54,646 nucleotides of DNA from Octopus sinensis (taxonomy: Eukaryota). The translations under genes and the position numbers were made by a program. Positions 10,338 through 23,793 of this stretch are shown here, piece by piece; the first letter of the stretch is position 1; each line of letters opens with the position of its first letter. The stretch is taken from NCBI RefSeq assembly GCF_006345805.1, contig NW_021833903.1, positions 1-54,646 on the forward strand. The letters are read 5' to 3'. The notes under the pieces were generated by a model, which saw only the letters and a program-made list of their open reading frames with translations, searched no databases and was not told where the DNA came from.

Positions 10338-12750
10338 AGATTTTACTACAACTATACACCCACCTGTTTGGAAGTGTTTCCATATTCTTCCAAGCCATCA
10401 CTCTTCTGTGAAAAGGATACTGCTAACAGCTCTCTGCTCTTAACATTCCATATAAATAATTATATTTTACATAATTTTAGAATGGAAACATGCTGCCAAT
10501 AGAAACTAGAAGTCGCACAAGCTTTATGTTTATTTATATAATTTACCATAATATTCCAAACATGTTGTGTGCTTAAGTGACCAGTTATTGTAAGGGAGAT
10601 AATCATTTTGGGATAAATTCTAGCGGGACCAGAAGTTTGAAATTTAAATGAAAGAACTAGAAAAATGCATAGAACATTTTATATTTTTTAGGTTTTTTCT
10701 CCCTTGATCTCAAATTTCTAAACAGTTGATTTAATTATTTATTTCTGATATTGGTACATGAGAAATAAAACTCCGCTTTGGTATTGATTCTCATTTGAAA
10801 TCATTTTATTTCAGATATGCTTCATTTGACATGTTTTAGATATGTTTCACAAATTAAAAAAAAAAAAAAACCTTCTTCGACACTATTCTTTAGCTCCTCA
10901 TCTAAGAGACAATAACTCCATACAAATCCTGCCTCCGACTAACTTTTCATGGCAAGTTTGAATGATGAGTGAGTGGGGCTGGTGCTGCACAAACTGTGCC
11001 CGCTGTTGTTCCTTGTTGTTCAGCAAAACAAGACCCCAGCATCACTTGTATCTTGCTAAACCCTAATTTTTTGAATCAATGAAAGCGCAACGCACACACT
11101 TTCACATATTTGGTTCCAGATATATCTTTCTGCATACTGAAAAAATGTAACATAATCTGGAAACAAATACACTCCCACCCTCTGTCACGTTATGTAAGAA
11201 ATGAGATGTCATCGCAAAGCAGACACCAGAAGGAATTCATTTTAAAAGAGTATTCCAATATTCAAAATGAGCGAATTATTTTTGAGCGCCATGAAAACGG
11301 GAAGAGCAATTGTGTCTTGATAGAGAAAGTGCAACCACTCCACACAACACAATGTATCAAGAACATCTTGAGCGACTTGAGATATAAAATAACAATCTAT
11401 GGAGTAGAGAGTAGGACAGCTTTAACAAAGTGGGATATCAATGACACAAATTACAAGTGTTTTTAGTACAAAAACTGAATCGGGCAATAAAAACAAATGA
11501 ACAACTGTAGCAGAAACGGACACGTCTTAGCAACGACGGTATACCATTACCGAATCCAGAAATGAAAACTATAACATCCAACGTATAGGTAAACGAAAGG
11601 GCGACTTCCATAGAACAGTTTTTAATGAAATTACTTTGTGTAATCGGCAGGTTTGGTATACGCGACTCGCTCAGATATGTAAGAAACAAATCTGCTTTTC
11701 AAAATAAGTTAAGAAAATTAACAGGAGTAAAAAATGTTTTCTTAAACTCTTTAATATAAACTCTTTAGTATAAAAGATCAATCATTTCCAAGAACTATAA
11801 CCAAATTTCACCAGCTTCAACAAACGATCGATTTTAAGCATGAACAAAAAAAAAATTATCAAACTAAGACCTGTAACCATTGAGAACAATGACTTCTGAT
11901 GCTTTAACATAATGTACATGTATGTGCATGTGTGTGCAGAAATAATACATACATACACATATAAACACACACATATATATATATATTATATATATATATA
12001 TATATTATATATATATATATATTATATATATATATATTATATATATATATATATACATATATATATACACATATATATACGCATACACATGCATAGATGT
12101 AGATATGTAGATATGTTCGTGTTTGTGTTTGTGCGCACGCGTACTTGTCTACGTGCGTGTACACTCGCGCGCACACACACACACACACACTTACAAAATA
12201 TATTGGTATGACAGGTACCAGAGGGAAAAATAAAATAAAAATACATTACTAAAAGCAGCGGCAGTGCCTGGATAACTGAAATAACTTATCAAATTGCTTG
12301 CTTTTGTTTGTACAGGATACAGTTTAAGGCAGTGAAATAGTTCAGCTTGTAAGAAGAGGTTGTTTACATGCAAGTCGTGTTAGAGAGAGAGAGAGAGGGA
12401 GGGAGGGAGAGACTAAGTTCACCGAAAGAAAATATACAGATAATGGGGGGAAAAGTGTGAGTGTGGAGGAGAGAGAGAGAGAGAGAGAGCTAGGGGGCAA
12501 GGAGAGGTAAGAAGAGAAAGAAAAATTAATGTTAGTGTGCGTAAATGTACATGTGAAGGGGAGAGAGAGAGAGAAGGAGAGAGAGAGAGGGAGAGAGAGA
12601 GTAAAGGATGAGGAGAGAGAAATGAGGAGAAAAGGAGAGATGTGGCGGTAGTGTGATTAAGTTGGTGTGTGAAAGAGAAAGAGAGAGGAAGAGAGATACG
12701 AAGACACACAGAGCAAAATGGGAGGTGGCAGGAGAAGGTAAGAAGGATAA

Positions 12751-12801
<51 letters not shown>

Positions 12802-14257
12802 AAAGATGGATGCGAAAAGTGGACAAAAAAAAAACCTCTTAGAACGTTTGAAATTACCAGAAGGTAAAATAAAAGTCAGCTGACATTCTCGTCATTTCTC
12901 TCAATTTCATTCTGCCTTTTCATTCGCTCTCACACTGTTTTTTTATTATTTTTTCTTTCTATTACCTTTCTTGGTTTTCTTCTGTTCTCTCTCTCTCTCT
13001 CTCTTTCTCTGTCTATCTGTCTCTCTCCCCTCTCCTTCTCTCTCTATTTCTCTCTCTCTCTCCTGCTTTTCTTTGAAGTTGCGAAAAAAAAACTTAGAGC
13101 TTTGTTGCGTGACACACATTGTCTGACTTAATGTGTATGGAAATGTGTGCACAGATATGTACGCGTGCGTATGTATATATATACATATGTGCGTGTGTGC
13201 GCGCGTGCATGAATACATGCGCATTTGTTTGTGTGTCTGTGTGAGCGTTCAAATGAATGTGTTTGTGTGAAGGTTTTTTTCTGACAGTGCTTGATAAAAT
13301 CTGTTACTCAAGGTAGATTGAGCACAATGTCGCGTGTGTGCAAGTGTTTCAGTATCACCATCACCATCATCATCATCATCATTACCATCACTACCGCCAC
13401 CACGACCATCACCGCCATCATCATTACCATCATCATCATCATCATAGTCGATGTCACCCTCCTCATCATCATTAGTATTGTCATTATCCTTTTAGCTCCA
13501 CTTTTTTCTTTTATGCCTTTTCCTTCAAATCTCATATTACACTTTTCTTCCATGTCAGAAATGGACAGTAAGTGCATGCGCGCGTGCATGCGTGAGTGCG
13601 TGCGTGTGTGTGTGTGTGTGTGTGTGGAAAAAAGTCTTACCATCCATCATCCCGTGGTCCTGTAGTGCCCCTGGACGACACATCATCCGTGATGTTTTTC
13701 TGCGGCCATCAGGTGTTTCAGACACTCTCACGTGATCCAGCAGAAGTTGCTCAAATCCCAGCTTCTGTCCAGTTAGCCCACCACCTGGTCTCACTGTTCC
13801 TTCAAGGATTTACACCTCCTCATCCACAGTCACCTTGGGACAACTTCTGCTGCCGCACAACCATCCTGATGATCTTCCACCGACTGGCCCCTATGATACC
13901 GAACGTGCTGTGCGCTTTGCAGAGAAATTGGTTAGTAAACCTTCAATATCTTCACTGGGTCTTGGCTGACTGTAGATTCTTTGTACGTATTATCACATGC
14001 TTACAGAGCAATGTGACAAAGAAATACTTGGATCTACCGGCGTTTGCCAAGAAGAACGAAGAAAATTCTGTCCTCTATATCTAAACGATTGTGTCCGATG
14101 AAAATTTGCAAACTTTTCAAAAGATTTTAATCTGAGTTTCCTAAAATAATGTCTAAATTCTATCACTTATATACGATATAAAAATATATCCTATGCATAC
14201 ATACATACATACATACATACATACATACATACATACATACAACATACATACATACAC

Positions 14258-15176
14258 AATGTGTTTGCAGTGCCAGTACTCATACCAACATTTGGGCTGC
14301 TTGATTGGACGCTTGATGTGAGAACCCGAAAAATACTAACAAGCACACATAATTTCCCCATAAACAGTGACGTAGACCGCCTCTACTTAAAAGGTAAAAA
14401 AGGCGGCTGAGGCTTAACGTCGATCCAAAATGTCTTTGAATGCTGCATCATATCCCTTCGGCGACATCTTTTAACTACCAAGCGTCGAAGTGCATCTCTT
14501 GACCAAGTTTGCATACATGAGGCTGATAACATCATAAGACTTGGACGGCAGTTCCTTGGGCAAACACTCTTTGTCTGATAATCTAGAATACATGCCCAAA
14601 GAAATCGCACGACTCTACTGCAACTTATCATCAGATGAAAGGATGAGCAGGAGACTATGCATGTTAGTAGAAAGCTCCGTGATGATAGTAACATTGATCA
14701 TCAAAGCAGTTTATCATGGACGAATAGCCTGATCGCTATCTCCCACTTAGAAGGATATGCGTTTGCAATACAGGAACAGGAAATAACAACCAAATACCTG
14801 ATGCACAAAAGGGATAGAGACGAGGGAAAAGCCGAAAAATCTGACAACCGATGCAGACTTTGTGGAGTTCACACTGAAGATATCACCCACATCATAAGCA
14901 GTTGTCCGAAAATGTCATCACGGTATTATCTACCGATGAGACCTGATGTTGTAGCTAGGACACTCTATAATGAAATCAGTCGGAAGGATGATCCCGAGGA
15001 CAAAGAAATAAGAACCCACAGTATGGTAGAAGCCATAGCCACTCATAATAAAAAGGAATACTGGGTGGAATATACCAGTGAAAACCTCAATAAAATACAT
15101 ATGTATTTAAATTATATGTATGTCTAGATATGCAACTATATGCATGAGAATATATACAAAAAACATACAAATCTGC
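14258..15176 (+). mobile_element. 5'-truncated RLE non-LTR retrotransposon (R4/Dong-like) embedded in (CATA)n, element E1
   Basis: NVFAVPVLIPTFGLLDW, DVRTRKIL...NSDVDRLYL..KKGG*GL, EGYAFAIQEQEITTKYL, zinc knuckle CRLCGVHTEDITHIISSCPKMSSRYYLPMRPD and KEYW/WNIPVKT. (CATA)n lies at 14195-14256 and 15177-15268. Confidence 0.85.
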
Positions 15177-15268
15177 ACATACATACATACACATACATAC
15201 ATACATACATACATACATACATACATACATACATACATACATACATACATACATACATACGTACATAC

Positions 15269-16476
15269 GAGAGGCTCACAAAGAACAGAGAGTGGAACAA
15301 TCGTTTGTATCCCATTCATATTTCAAAGAGACTATTCCAGAAAGATAGTCCCTCTGTAGTTCTGTTCATTTTGGCATGAAAACCTATTATCGTTTCTGCT
15401 ACAAAAAACAAACAGCTAAATGCTTGAGTCTGCAACTGTAAGAAATACTAATGTAGCCCGTAATTTCTATGTGGCTGACCTCAAGATTTATGCTAAAAAT
15501 ATTAACAATGCCAAAAGACAACTGGACATAGGAATGGAATTTGGCCAAAAGAAATGTTATTGTGAAACGGGGAAAAATCAGTTCCCCAAACAAAAGAGCC
15601 TTTGTATCAATGGTTTCATGATCTCTCCTGTACCACACAAACAATGCGACAAGTACTTTGGCATTGATGAAAATATATCACTCCAATGTACTGTGAATAA
15701 AAATAGAGCAACCCAAGAATATTACACCAGACTAAAAAAAATATGGCAGTTTGAACTCTCCTCTGACAAGACAATTGCTCCAAAATTGCTACAAAATACC
15801 TAATCTACAAAAGAGACAGTGAAGTACTTGGAATTCCAAGATGCAACAAAAAGTGTAGATTATGACATATTTCGACGGAGAACATCCCTTATGTTATTAG
15901 CAGCTGCCCAAAAATGTCATCAAGATACTACCTCCATATGCGACATGACGTTGTCGCAAAAACAATATATAATGCAATTCGGAAAAAAGACTACCCTGGA
16001 ATAACTATAGAGAACCCCATCCCTGTTGTACAAGGAACGCTGGGGGAACATTCCCATCAAAACATGTCAAGTGGAAGCACCACAAGCCAGATATTGTTGT
16101 CTGTGGCGGACAAGAAAAAGTATTACCGTCACAGAGGTCAGTTGTCCTGCTGATGTGAAAATCTATTTCAAAATCAAAGAGAAAGAAGATGTCTATGGAC
16201 AACCGCTTCGAAACTTCCAGCTTCTATATCCGGATTACAAATTTACATTTATGCCAATAATAATTGGTCTTGTCAGTAAATGCTTAACTGTCAGCCTGGA
16301 TAAGCTTGGATTATCATAAAAAGAAATCAACCAACAGTAAAACTATGCAAGACTTTTCTCAGGTTTAAAATGGGACATTTTTCGTAATCTACATTCCAAA
16401 TATGGAGCTTTGTGTCTTTGTTAGAAACCAGCTTCTTCTTCAGAGTAAGAATTTAAATGATTAAATACAGAAGTGA
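15269..16476 (+). mobile_element. 5'-truncated, internally deleted RLE non-LTR retrotransposon embedded in (CATA)n, element E2
   Basis: RT motifs KRLFQKDSPSVVLFILA (FQGDSLS-like), NFYVADLKIY (YMDD-like), IGMEFG.KKC and KYFGIDE. These are followed by KMSSRYYLHMRHDVVA and the RLE region EVSCPAD...KEKEDVYG. (CATA)n lies on both sides (15177-15268, 16485-16556). Confidence 0.85.
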
Positions 16477-16526
16477 CATGCATGCATACATACATACATA
16501 CATACATACATACATACATACATACA

Positions 16527-16557
<31 letters not shown>

Positions 16558-16999
16558 GTACGTACGTATGTACATAAACAATTTTCACTTGTACACAAGG
16601 GCGAACTCGAGAGAAGGGGCAGTAATATTTTGAGACCCCGAATCATAGACGAAAAGAATCGAAAATTAAATGAAACATACCCAAATCTCAGTGATTTTGA
16701 ATTTTGCGAATGATCAGTTTGTTCTGGTCAGTGAGTAATACTGACCCAGGGTCAAAAACCTGTCCGATTCATCCATGTGCTCGGTAATCATTTTTAATGC
16801 CGCAGCAAATTTTAAAAGATGACCGAAGTGAATAAAAATTATAAAAATATATGAGGATATTATTGTTAATAATTTGCATTAATATAAGTGGCTAGCATTT
16901 GTCTTTGTGTACAAGTGAAAACTGTGGTTTGGGGTTGCTTTGACTGCTATATTTAGCATGCTGGTGCTACAAGTAGTACCCTTCGTTATTAACTTATTT

Positions 17000-17155
17000 C
17001 TTTACTGTCCACAAGGGGCTAAACACAGAGAGGACAAACAAGGATAGACAAACAGATTAAGTCGATTTTATCGACCCCAGTGCGTAACTGGTACTTAATT
17101 TATCGAACCCGAAAGGATGAAAGGCATAGTCGACCTCGGCGGAATTCGAACTCCT
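17000..17155 (-). mobile_element. SINE, 5'-truncated
   Basis: Near-identical to the 3' part of the full copy at 51203-51435. Confidence 0.85.
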
Positions 17156-17628
17156 GATAGTTTTGCTTTTTGTTCTTATACGTATGGTGGCCACTGATAT
17201 TATTGTAAATTATTAACAGTAACATCCTTATATATTTACACATGCATACATGTATGCATAAAAATAATCACGCTCTTGTAATAAAAATGCTTTCGCACCC
17301 ATCATATCATTGCACACACACACACACACATAAACACACTCCTAAACACTAAAGAGACATGTTCACCCAGAAGATAAGTCTAGGTGTTTACACCTACGTA
17401 TGTGTGCTTACACGCTAACTCAACGAGATATTTACAAACCCAAGGAATTGCCTTGACTCCAAAATTTTTGTCAATTTATTAGAGATCGGCTTAAACTCAA
17501 TGAAGAAGAAATTAGATATATCTGAAAGAAAAAGCATACTTGCATACTTATATATACGCATACATACAAGCATATATATATAATAATAATAATAATATAA
17601 TAATAATAATAATATAATAATAATAATA

Positions 17629-17663
<35 letters not shown>

Positions 17664-17668
17664 TAATA

Positions 17669-17728
<60 letters not shown>

Positions 17729-19054
17729 GATAGGAAAATACGCAAGCTGCTGAGTTGTAATAGGATGCACCACCCAAAGGCAGACGTAGATCGCCTTTAC
17801 CTTCCCAGAGCCCAAGGAGGTCGAGGCCTGATCCAATTTGAACTAGCTTACAAAACAACCACAATTGGACTGGCCAAATATCTCGAAATATCGAATGACT
17901 GGATGCTAAAGCTCGTGGAAAATCACGAGAGACGAAAGAAGCTTCATTCTATCATCAAGCAAAGCAAAAAATTTGCTATTGATCTCGTGCAGGATACCCA
18001 AACTGAACAACCCGAGGGAAGTACGGCAACTATTGTTGCAAAGAAGGTGAAAATGATGGCAATGAAAAAAGCGCACGAGCAATTGGCTGATAGGTGGGAG
18101 GAGAAACCTCTGCACGGCAAATATGTGACCCGCAGCAAACAAGCTGATGTTGACCAGAAGCAAACCCATCAGTGGCTGCGGAGCTCAGGGCTAAAAGCAG
18201 AGAGCGAAGGTTTCATCCTGGCTGCTCAAGACCAAAGCCTATCAACCCGGAACTACCAGGCCAATGTGATGAAAAATGGAGCAGACCCAAAATGCCGATT
18301 CTGCAACGACATGATTGAAACAGTGGACCACCTAATCTCTGGATGTAAAGTCTTAGCACCGGGGGAGTATAAATTAAGACATGATAGAGTTGGCCAATAT
18401 CTCCACTGGCTAATAAGTCGGCATTACAATATCAAAACTGCCGACAAGTGGTATAATCACCACCCTGAGGCTGTAACTGAAGGAGAAAATGTAACCATTC
18501 TGTGGGACTTTCCAGTACATACAGACCGAACCATCAAGGCCAATAAACCAGATATTGTTGTGAAAGACCAAAACAATAAAGTTTGCTTATTGATCGACAT
18601 GAGCATCCCCTGTGATCATAATATCTCAGCGAAAGAGTTTGACAAGCTCAGAAAATATAAAGACCTACTCATTGAAATTGAGAAAATGTGGCATCTCAAG
18701 GCGGTTACAATACCAGTGATCGTAGGAGCACTAGGAATGATCAAGAAGGGAACCGAAAATTATATGAGAATGATCCCTGGCTTACCATCCCTGCAAGAAG
18801 TGCAAAAGATTGTCTTAACTGGTACATCACACGTATTGAGAAGAGCATTGTCGATGTGAGAACTGTTGCTGCTCATGCATTTTAATTTAACTTAAAAAAA
18901 AATTAAAAATTAAAAAATTAAAAAATTAAAAAAATTAACGAACTACTGAGTTTGGTTTAATGGCCTACCAATATACACTATGAGTTTCTTTGCCTAGGAG
19001 TCGGGAAGACACTCGGCAAGAAATGGAAGAAAATTTGAAAGAAGAAAAAAAAAA

Positions 19055-19055
<1 letters not shown>
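17729..19055 (+). mobile_element. 5'-truncated Dong-like (R4 clade) RLE retrotransposon in (TAA)n, family A copy 1
   Basis: Starts directly after (TAA)n with DRKIRKLL.., carries an intact ORF to TGA at 18859 and a ~195-bp 3' UTR, and ends in (TAA)n at 19056. Confidence 0.95.
17765..18859 (+). CDS. Truncated retrotransposon ORF (RT thumb region, CCHC knuckle, RLE endonuclease), 364 aa
   Basis: HHPKADVDRLYLPRAQGGRGL, CRFCNDMIETVDHLISGC, RHD, ANKPDIVVKD..LLIDMSIP...KLRKY (PD..D..K). The frame is open from 17729 and lacks the RT catalytic core, so it is probably not a functional gene. Confidence 0.85.
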   Translation: MHHPKADVDRLYLPRAQGGRGLIQFELAYKTTTIGLAKYLEISNDWMLKLVENHERRKKLHSIIKQSKKFAIDLVQDTQTEQPEGSTATIVAKKVKMMAMKKAHEQLADRWEEKPLHGKYVTRSKQADVDQKQTHQWLRSSGLKAESEGFILAAQDQSLSTRNYQANVMKNGADPKCRFCNDMIETVDHLISGCKVLAPGEYKLRHDRVGQYLHWLISRHYNIKTADKWYNHHPEAVTEGENVTILWDFPVHTDRTIKANKPDIVVKDQNNKVCLLIDMSIPCDHNISAKEFDKLRKYKDLLIEIEKMWHLKAVTIPVIVGALGMIKKGTENYMRMIPGLPSLQEVQKIVLTGTSHVLRRALSM

Positions 19056-19099
<44 letters not shown>

Positions 19100-19143
19100 T
19101 AATAATAATATAATAATAATAATAATAATAATTAATAATAATA

Positions 19144-19182
<39 letters not shown>

Positions 19183-20509
19183 GATAGGAAAATACGCAAG
19201 CTGCTGAGTTGTAATAGGATGCACCACCCAAAGGCAGACGTAGATCGCCTTTACCTTCCCAGAGCCCAAGGAGGTCGAGGCCTGATCCAATTTGAACTAG
19301 CTTACAAAACAACCACAATTGGACTGGCCAAATATCTCGAAATATCGAATGACTGGATGCTAAAGCTCGTGGAAAATCACGAGAGACGAAAGAAGCTTCA
19401 TTCTATCATCAAGCAAAGCAAAAAATTGCTATTGATCTCGTGCAGGATACCCAAACTGAACAACCCGAGGGAAGTACGGCAACTATTGTTGCAAAGAAGG
19501 TGAAAATGATGGCAATGAAAAAAGCGCACGAGCAATTGGCTGATAGGTGGGAGGAGAAACCTCTGCACGGCAAATATGTGACCCGCAGCAAACAAGCTGA
19601 TGTTGACCAGAAGCAAACCCATCAGTGGCTGCGGAGCTCAGGGCTAAAAGCAGAGAGCGAAGGTTTCATCCTGGCTGCTCAAGACCAAAGCCTATCAACC
19701 CGGAACTACCAGGCCAATGTGATGAAAAATGGAGCAGACCCAAAATGCCGATTCTGCAACGACATGATTGAAACAGTGGACCACCTAATCTCTGGATGTA
19801 AAGTCTTAGCACCGGGGGAGTATAAATTAAGACATGATAGAGTTGGCCAATATCTCCACTGGCTAATAAGTCGGCATTACAATATCAAAACTGCCGACAA
19901 GTGGTATAATCACCACCCTGAGGCTGTAACTGAAGGAGAAAATGTAACCATTCTGTGGGACTTTCCAGTACATACAGACCGAACCATCAAGGCCAATAAA
20001 CCAGATATTGTTGTGAAAGACCAAAACAATAAAGTTTGCTTATTGATCGACATGAGCATCCCCTGTGATCATAATATCTCAGCGAAAGAGTTTGACAAGC
20101 TCAGAAAATATAAAGACCTACTCATTGAAATTGAGAAAATGTGGCATCTCAAGGCGGTTACAATACCAGTGATCGTAGGAGCACTAGGAATGATCAAGAA
20201 GGGAACCGAAAATTATATGAGAATGATCCCTGGCTTACCATCCCTGCAAGAAGTGCAAAAGATTGTCTTAACTGGTACATCACACGTATTGAGAAGAGCA
20301 TTGTCGATGTGAGAACTGTTGCTGCTCATGCATTTTAATTTAACTTAAAAAAAAATTAAAAAATTAAAAAATTAAAAAATTAAAAAAATTAACGAACTAC
20401 TGAGTTTGGTTTAATGGCCTACCAATATACACTATGAGTTTCTTTGCCCTAGGAGTCGGGAAGACACTCGGCAAGAAATGGAAGAAAATTTGAAAGAAGA
20501 AAAAAAAAA

Positions 20510-20510
<1 letters not shown>
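19183..20510 (+). mobile_element. Family A copy 2, near-identical tandem duplicate
   Basis: Same 5' junction (aagataggaaaatacgc). A 1-bp deletion near 19425 splits the ORF into 19219-19503 and 19440-20312. Ends in (TAA)n at 20511. Confidence 0.95.
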
Positions 20511-20566
<56 letters not shown>

Positions 20567-21626
20567 TTAGGAAGTATAATTTATTTATGATTTGGTTTAT
20601 GTCTATCATTGTTTGAATTGCATAATAGTGGATTTTTTTCTCTAATTTATATTATATATATGTATATATATACACACACATACGTACATATATAATGTAT
20701 CTCAAGATTAATCAGCCGAAATTGCGAGGATGATCCGGTTCTTGACTGAAGATTGAAAGTTTCGAATGTTCCGTCCGTGTGTTTTTTGTATCGTCTTCTA
20801 AATGTTTTGCGTTCTTGTCCCAGTTTGTATTTTTTTACATATATATATATATATACATTCATACATTCATACATACATGCATACATGCATACATACACGC
20901 ATACATACTCGCATGCATGTATACATACATACATATGTACACATATGCACGCAGACATAATTCTCTAATTACATACACGTATAAGTATTGACGTACATAA
21001 ATTCATGCCTACATATATTCGTACATACATTCATACATATACACACACATATATATATAGACGCATATAATTTAGCAGGAATGGTGTTTTGAAAACTATA
21101 AGCGTAGAACACACGAACTGATTGTTTTTACGTCATTTGTGCAATTAACTTTCTGCGGAAAACCAAACTCAAGAACTCGACTAACACCGCCCATTTTGGT
21201 TTTTCATCTCTTCAACGCCCCCTTCGCGCACCCCTCTCTCCTCTCTCTTTCACACACACATACACACACACACACACACATGATTCGCCGCAAAACTGCG
21301 GTTGACGGTTGTTGGTTGTTTCACAGCAAATAGATTACTCTTAGAAGCTTTTTAAACAACGAAGAAAAATATATTAATATTGCTCTTTTTTTTCTTTTAT
21401 ATTGTTTTACATAATGTTTTATATTAGATTTAATAAAATCTCAGAATTGATTTATTTGCCGACCCTTCAATTTACCTTTGCTAACTCATGACCTTACTTA
21501 CAACTTCAAATGTTCCATCAGTCTTTTATGTTTAATGGTCGTAAATTGCTCGCCAGACAGCCATAGTTTACCTTCTCCTGAAATGGACAGATTCATTTTC
21601 TTTTACCACTGGCAAATGTGAAACTG

Positions 21627-21860
21627 TGAAGGCGCGTGGCCCAGTGCTTAGCAGATTACATTCACGATCATAAGATTATGGGCTCGACTTCTAAACAGTA
21701 CGATATGTTATGTTTTTGCGGAAAAAACTTCATTTCGCTTTGCCCCGGTTCCCTTAGCTGTAAATGAGTAACTTAGCGATGGAACGAAGTCCCGTTCAGA
21801 GGCAATGTGATGATCCCAGTCATTTATACGATACGGAAACCAAATAACCGGCCTGAGGAG
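21627..21860 (+). mobile_element. Degenerate tRNA-derived SINE
   Basis: gaaggcgcgtggcccagtgcttag A-box-like head; body similar to the copies at 33612-33955 and 44105-44250. Confidence 0.55.
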
Positions 21861-22239
21861 TCGGAGAGGTCAAGACAGAACAGGCACACAAATGTCAAGC
21901 TAACACTAGCAGCCAACGAAAGCCTCAACAATATAACTGTGTCACCTTTGCTTTAGAGCTTTCTGATCACGAAGAGGAAAACCTTCTCTCGATGTTGGTT
22001 GCCTTCGCTGCTGAGCAACATGGTCCCCATTGTGCTATTCACCAATATTCCAACTGGCGAAATTCCCGTCAACGAAACACCAACTTCTGCTAAATAGCTC
22101 AAGACAAACAAATTGTATTTTGTAGATGGCGTGCCTCCGGAGGTTCTTTGGAATACCGAAATACTTTTTTTTACTTCTCCTTACTCTAAATACTTCTCAT
22201 TTCATCTGTCAAACCCCATCGGAATTCAAGCTAAACCAC

Positions 22240-22565
22240 CTCATTCCGGATCCGAAAAATAGGTCTATCAGAATATGACTCGTATCGTGCCATTAGCCTG
22301 ATGTCATGCTCAGCCAGAGGCAGTTCCGCCCTTGACGCTATTTTAACTTGTCGCTGCCTCATTAAAGCCATCTCAGCAAAGAAACGTAAGTCCCTGAGCG
22401 CCGTCTTTGTGCATTTCACCAAAGATTCTGACTCTTTCCAGCATGAAACAATATTTCAGATTCTCTCTGATTATGGTAAACCAAATCAAGTTGTAATCAC
22501 TGTCCACTCTGTCTGTACAGACTACAAATCTTTCGTATGCACCGGTCCCAGTTGTGTTGACTTTC
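22240..22565 (+). pseudogene. RTE-like LINE reverse-transcriptase fragment
   Basis: LIPDPK / SYRAISLMS, then AILTCRCLIKAISAK..LSAVFVHFTKDSDSF...ILSDYGKP, matching decayed YRPISL and FVDFxKAFDS motifs. Confidence 0.7.
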
Positions 22566-22918
22566 TTTTAGTGTTCATTGCCTAATATATCATTGTGAGG
22601 CCGCCATGGCTGAAAATAAGGCTTGGCCTAAAATACTCAAGGACGCCCGCTGCAGGAAAAGCAAATCGTAATATGAACACTGTGTAATTTTATACGAACC
22701 TCAAATACCAAACAATCTGCAGGTGCGTCTCTGATGCATTATAAATATTACATACTAGTTTCTGCTGCATCGATTCGGGCAGTAAAATTACAATTTGACT
22801 CGGGCAGAGGAATGGCGTAAAGAAGCATGTCTTCTTTCTTAAATGTAGATAATTATATTAGAGCTATTTTATGTATTTACTGTCAGAATTGGTTACTGTA
22901 TATGTACTAAGAGTTTGC

Positions 22919-22981
<63 letters not shown>

Positions 22982-22984
22982 TGT

Positions 22985-23027
<43 letters not shown>

Positions 23028-23324
23028 TGTATGTGTGTGTGTCCATACATACAGAAAGTTGGTTATTGTATATATGCTAATGTTCTCTCTCGGTTTAGTT
23101 TTATATGTAATATCGTTTTACCTCCACACGTACTTAATGTGTGGGACAGAGATCCAACACAAACACGCGGGAAAACATTAGGGGAGATGTATCAGGTTTA
23201 AATTATAGCTATTATATATATTTTTCCAGTCAGAATCAGTTATTACATTGTAATTCGCTTTCACTTTCTTTTAATATCTGTTATTTTGGCAGACTCGAGT
23301 GCTTTCTGCCTGTAAATAATAATA

Positions 23325-23378
<54 letters not shown>

Positions 23379-23381
23379 GTA

Positions 23382-23448
<67 letters not shown>

Positions 23449-23579
23449 TAATAATAATGATAATAATAATATTAATAATAATAATAATAATAATAATAAA
23501 GAAAAAAAAGAAAAAAGAAAAAGAAAAAGAAAAAGAAGAAAAAAAAAGAAAAAAAAGAAAAAAATTATTATTATTATTA

Positions 23580-23749
23580 TTTTTATTTTTTTTAGACATT
23601 CATTAGTACAACACCAAAAACTCCCCCCCAAAAAAATATATGGCACACTAGGCATAACAACAACATGAACTTCCAACCTGTTGTCTCTTGAGGTCTCTGG
23701 GTGAGACTTGGAGCCAACTTGTACAAATATAAAGCAAAAGTCAAACATA

Positions 23750-23751
<2 letters not shown>
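23580..23751 (+). mobile_element. 3'-UTR-only copy of Dong-like family B
   Basis: Near-identical to 24460-24627; followed by (AAT)n. Confidence 0.9.

Positions 23752-23792
<41 letters not shown>

Positions 23793-23793
<1 letters not shown>

Noticed and set aside
10900-11470. Non-repetitive, possibly decayed coding stretch (118-aa plus ORF; weak QNKN-like similarity on minus)
   Set aside because: No convincing motif on either strand.
13596-14084. 162-aa ORF in moderately GC-rich non-repetitive sequence
   Set aside because: No motif recognised in any frame and it starts in a (GT)n tract; a BLASTx search would be needed.
20744-20770. CTGAAGA...CGAATG hammerhead-like string
   Set aside because: GAAU instead of GAAA, and no stems I or III.
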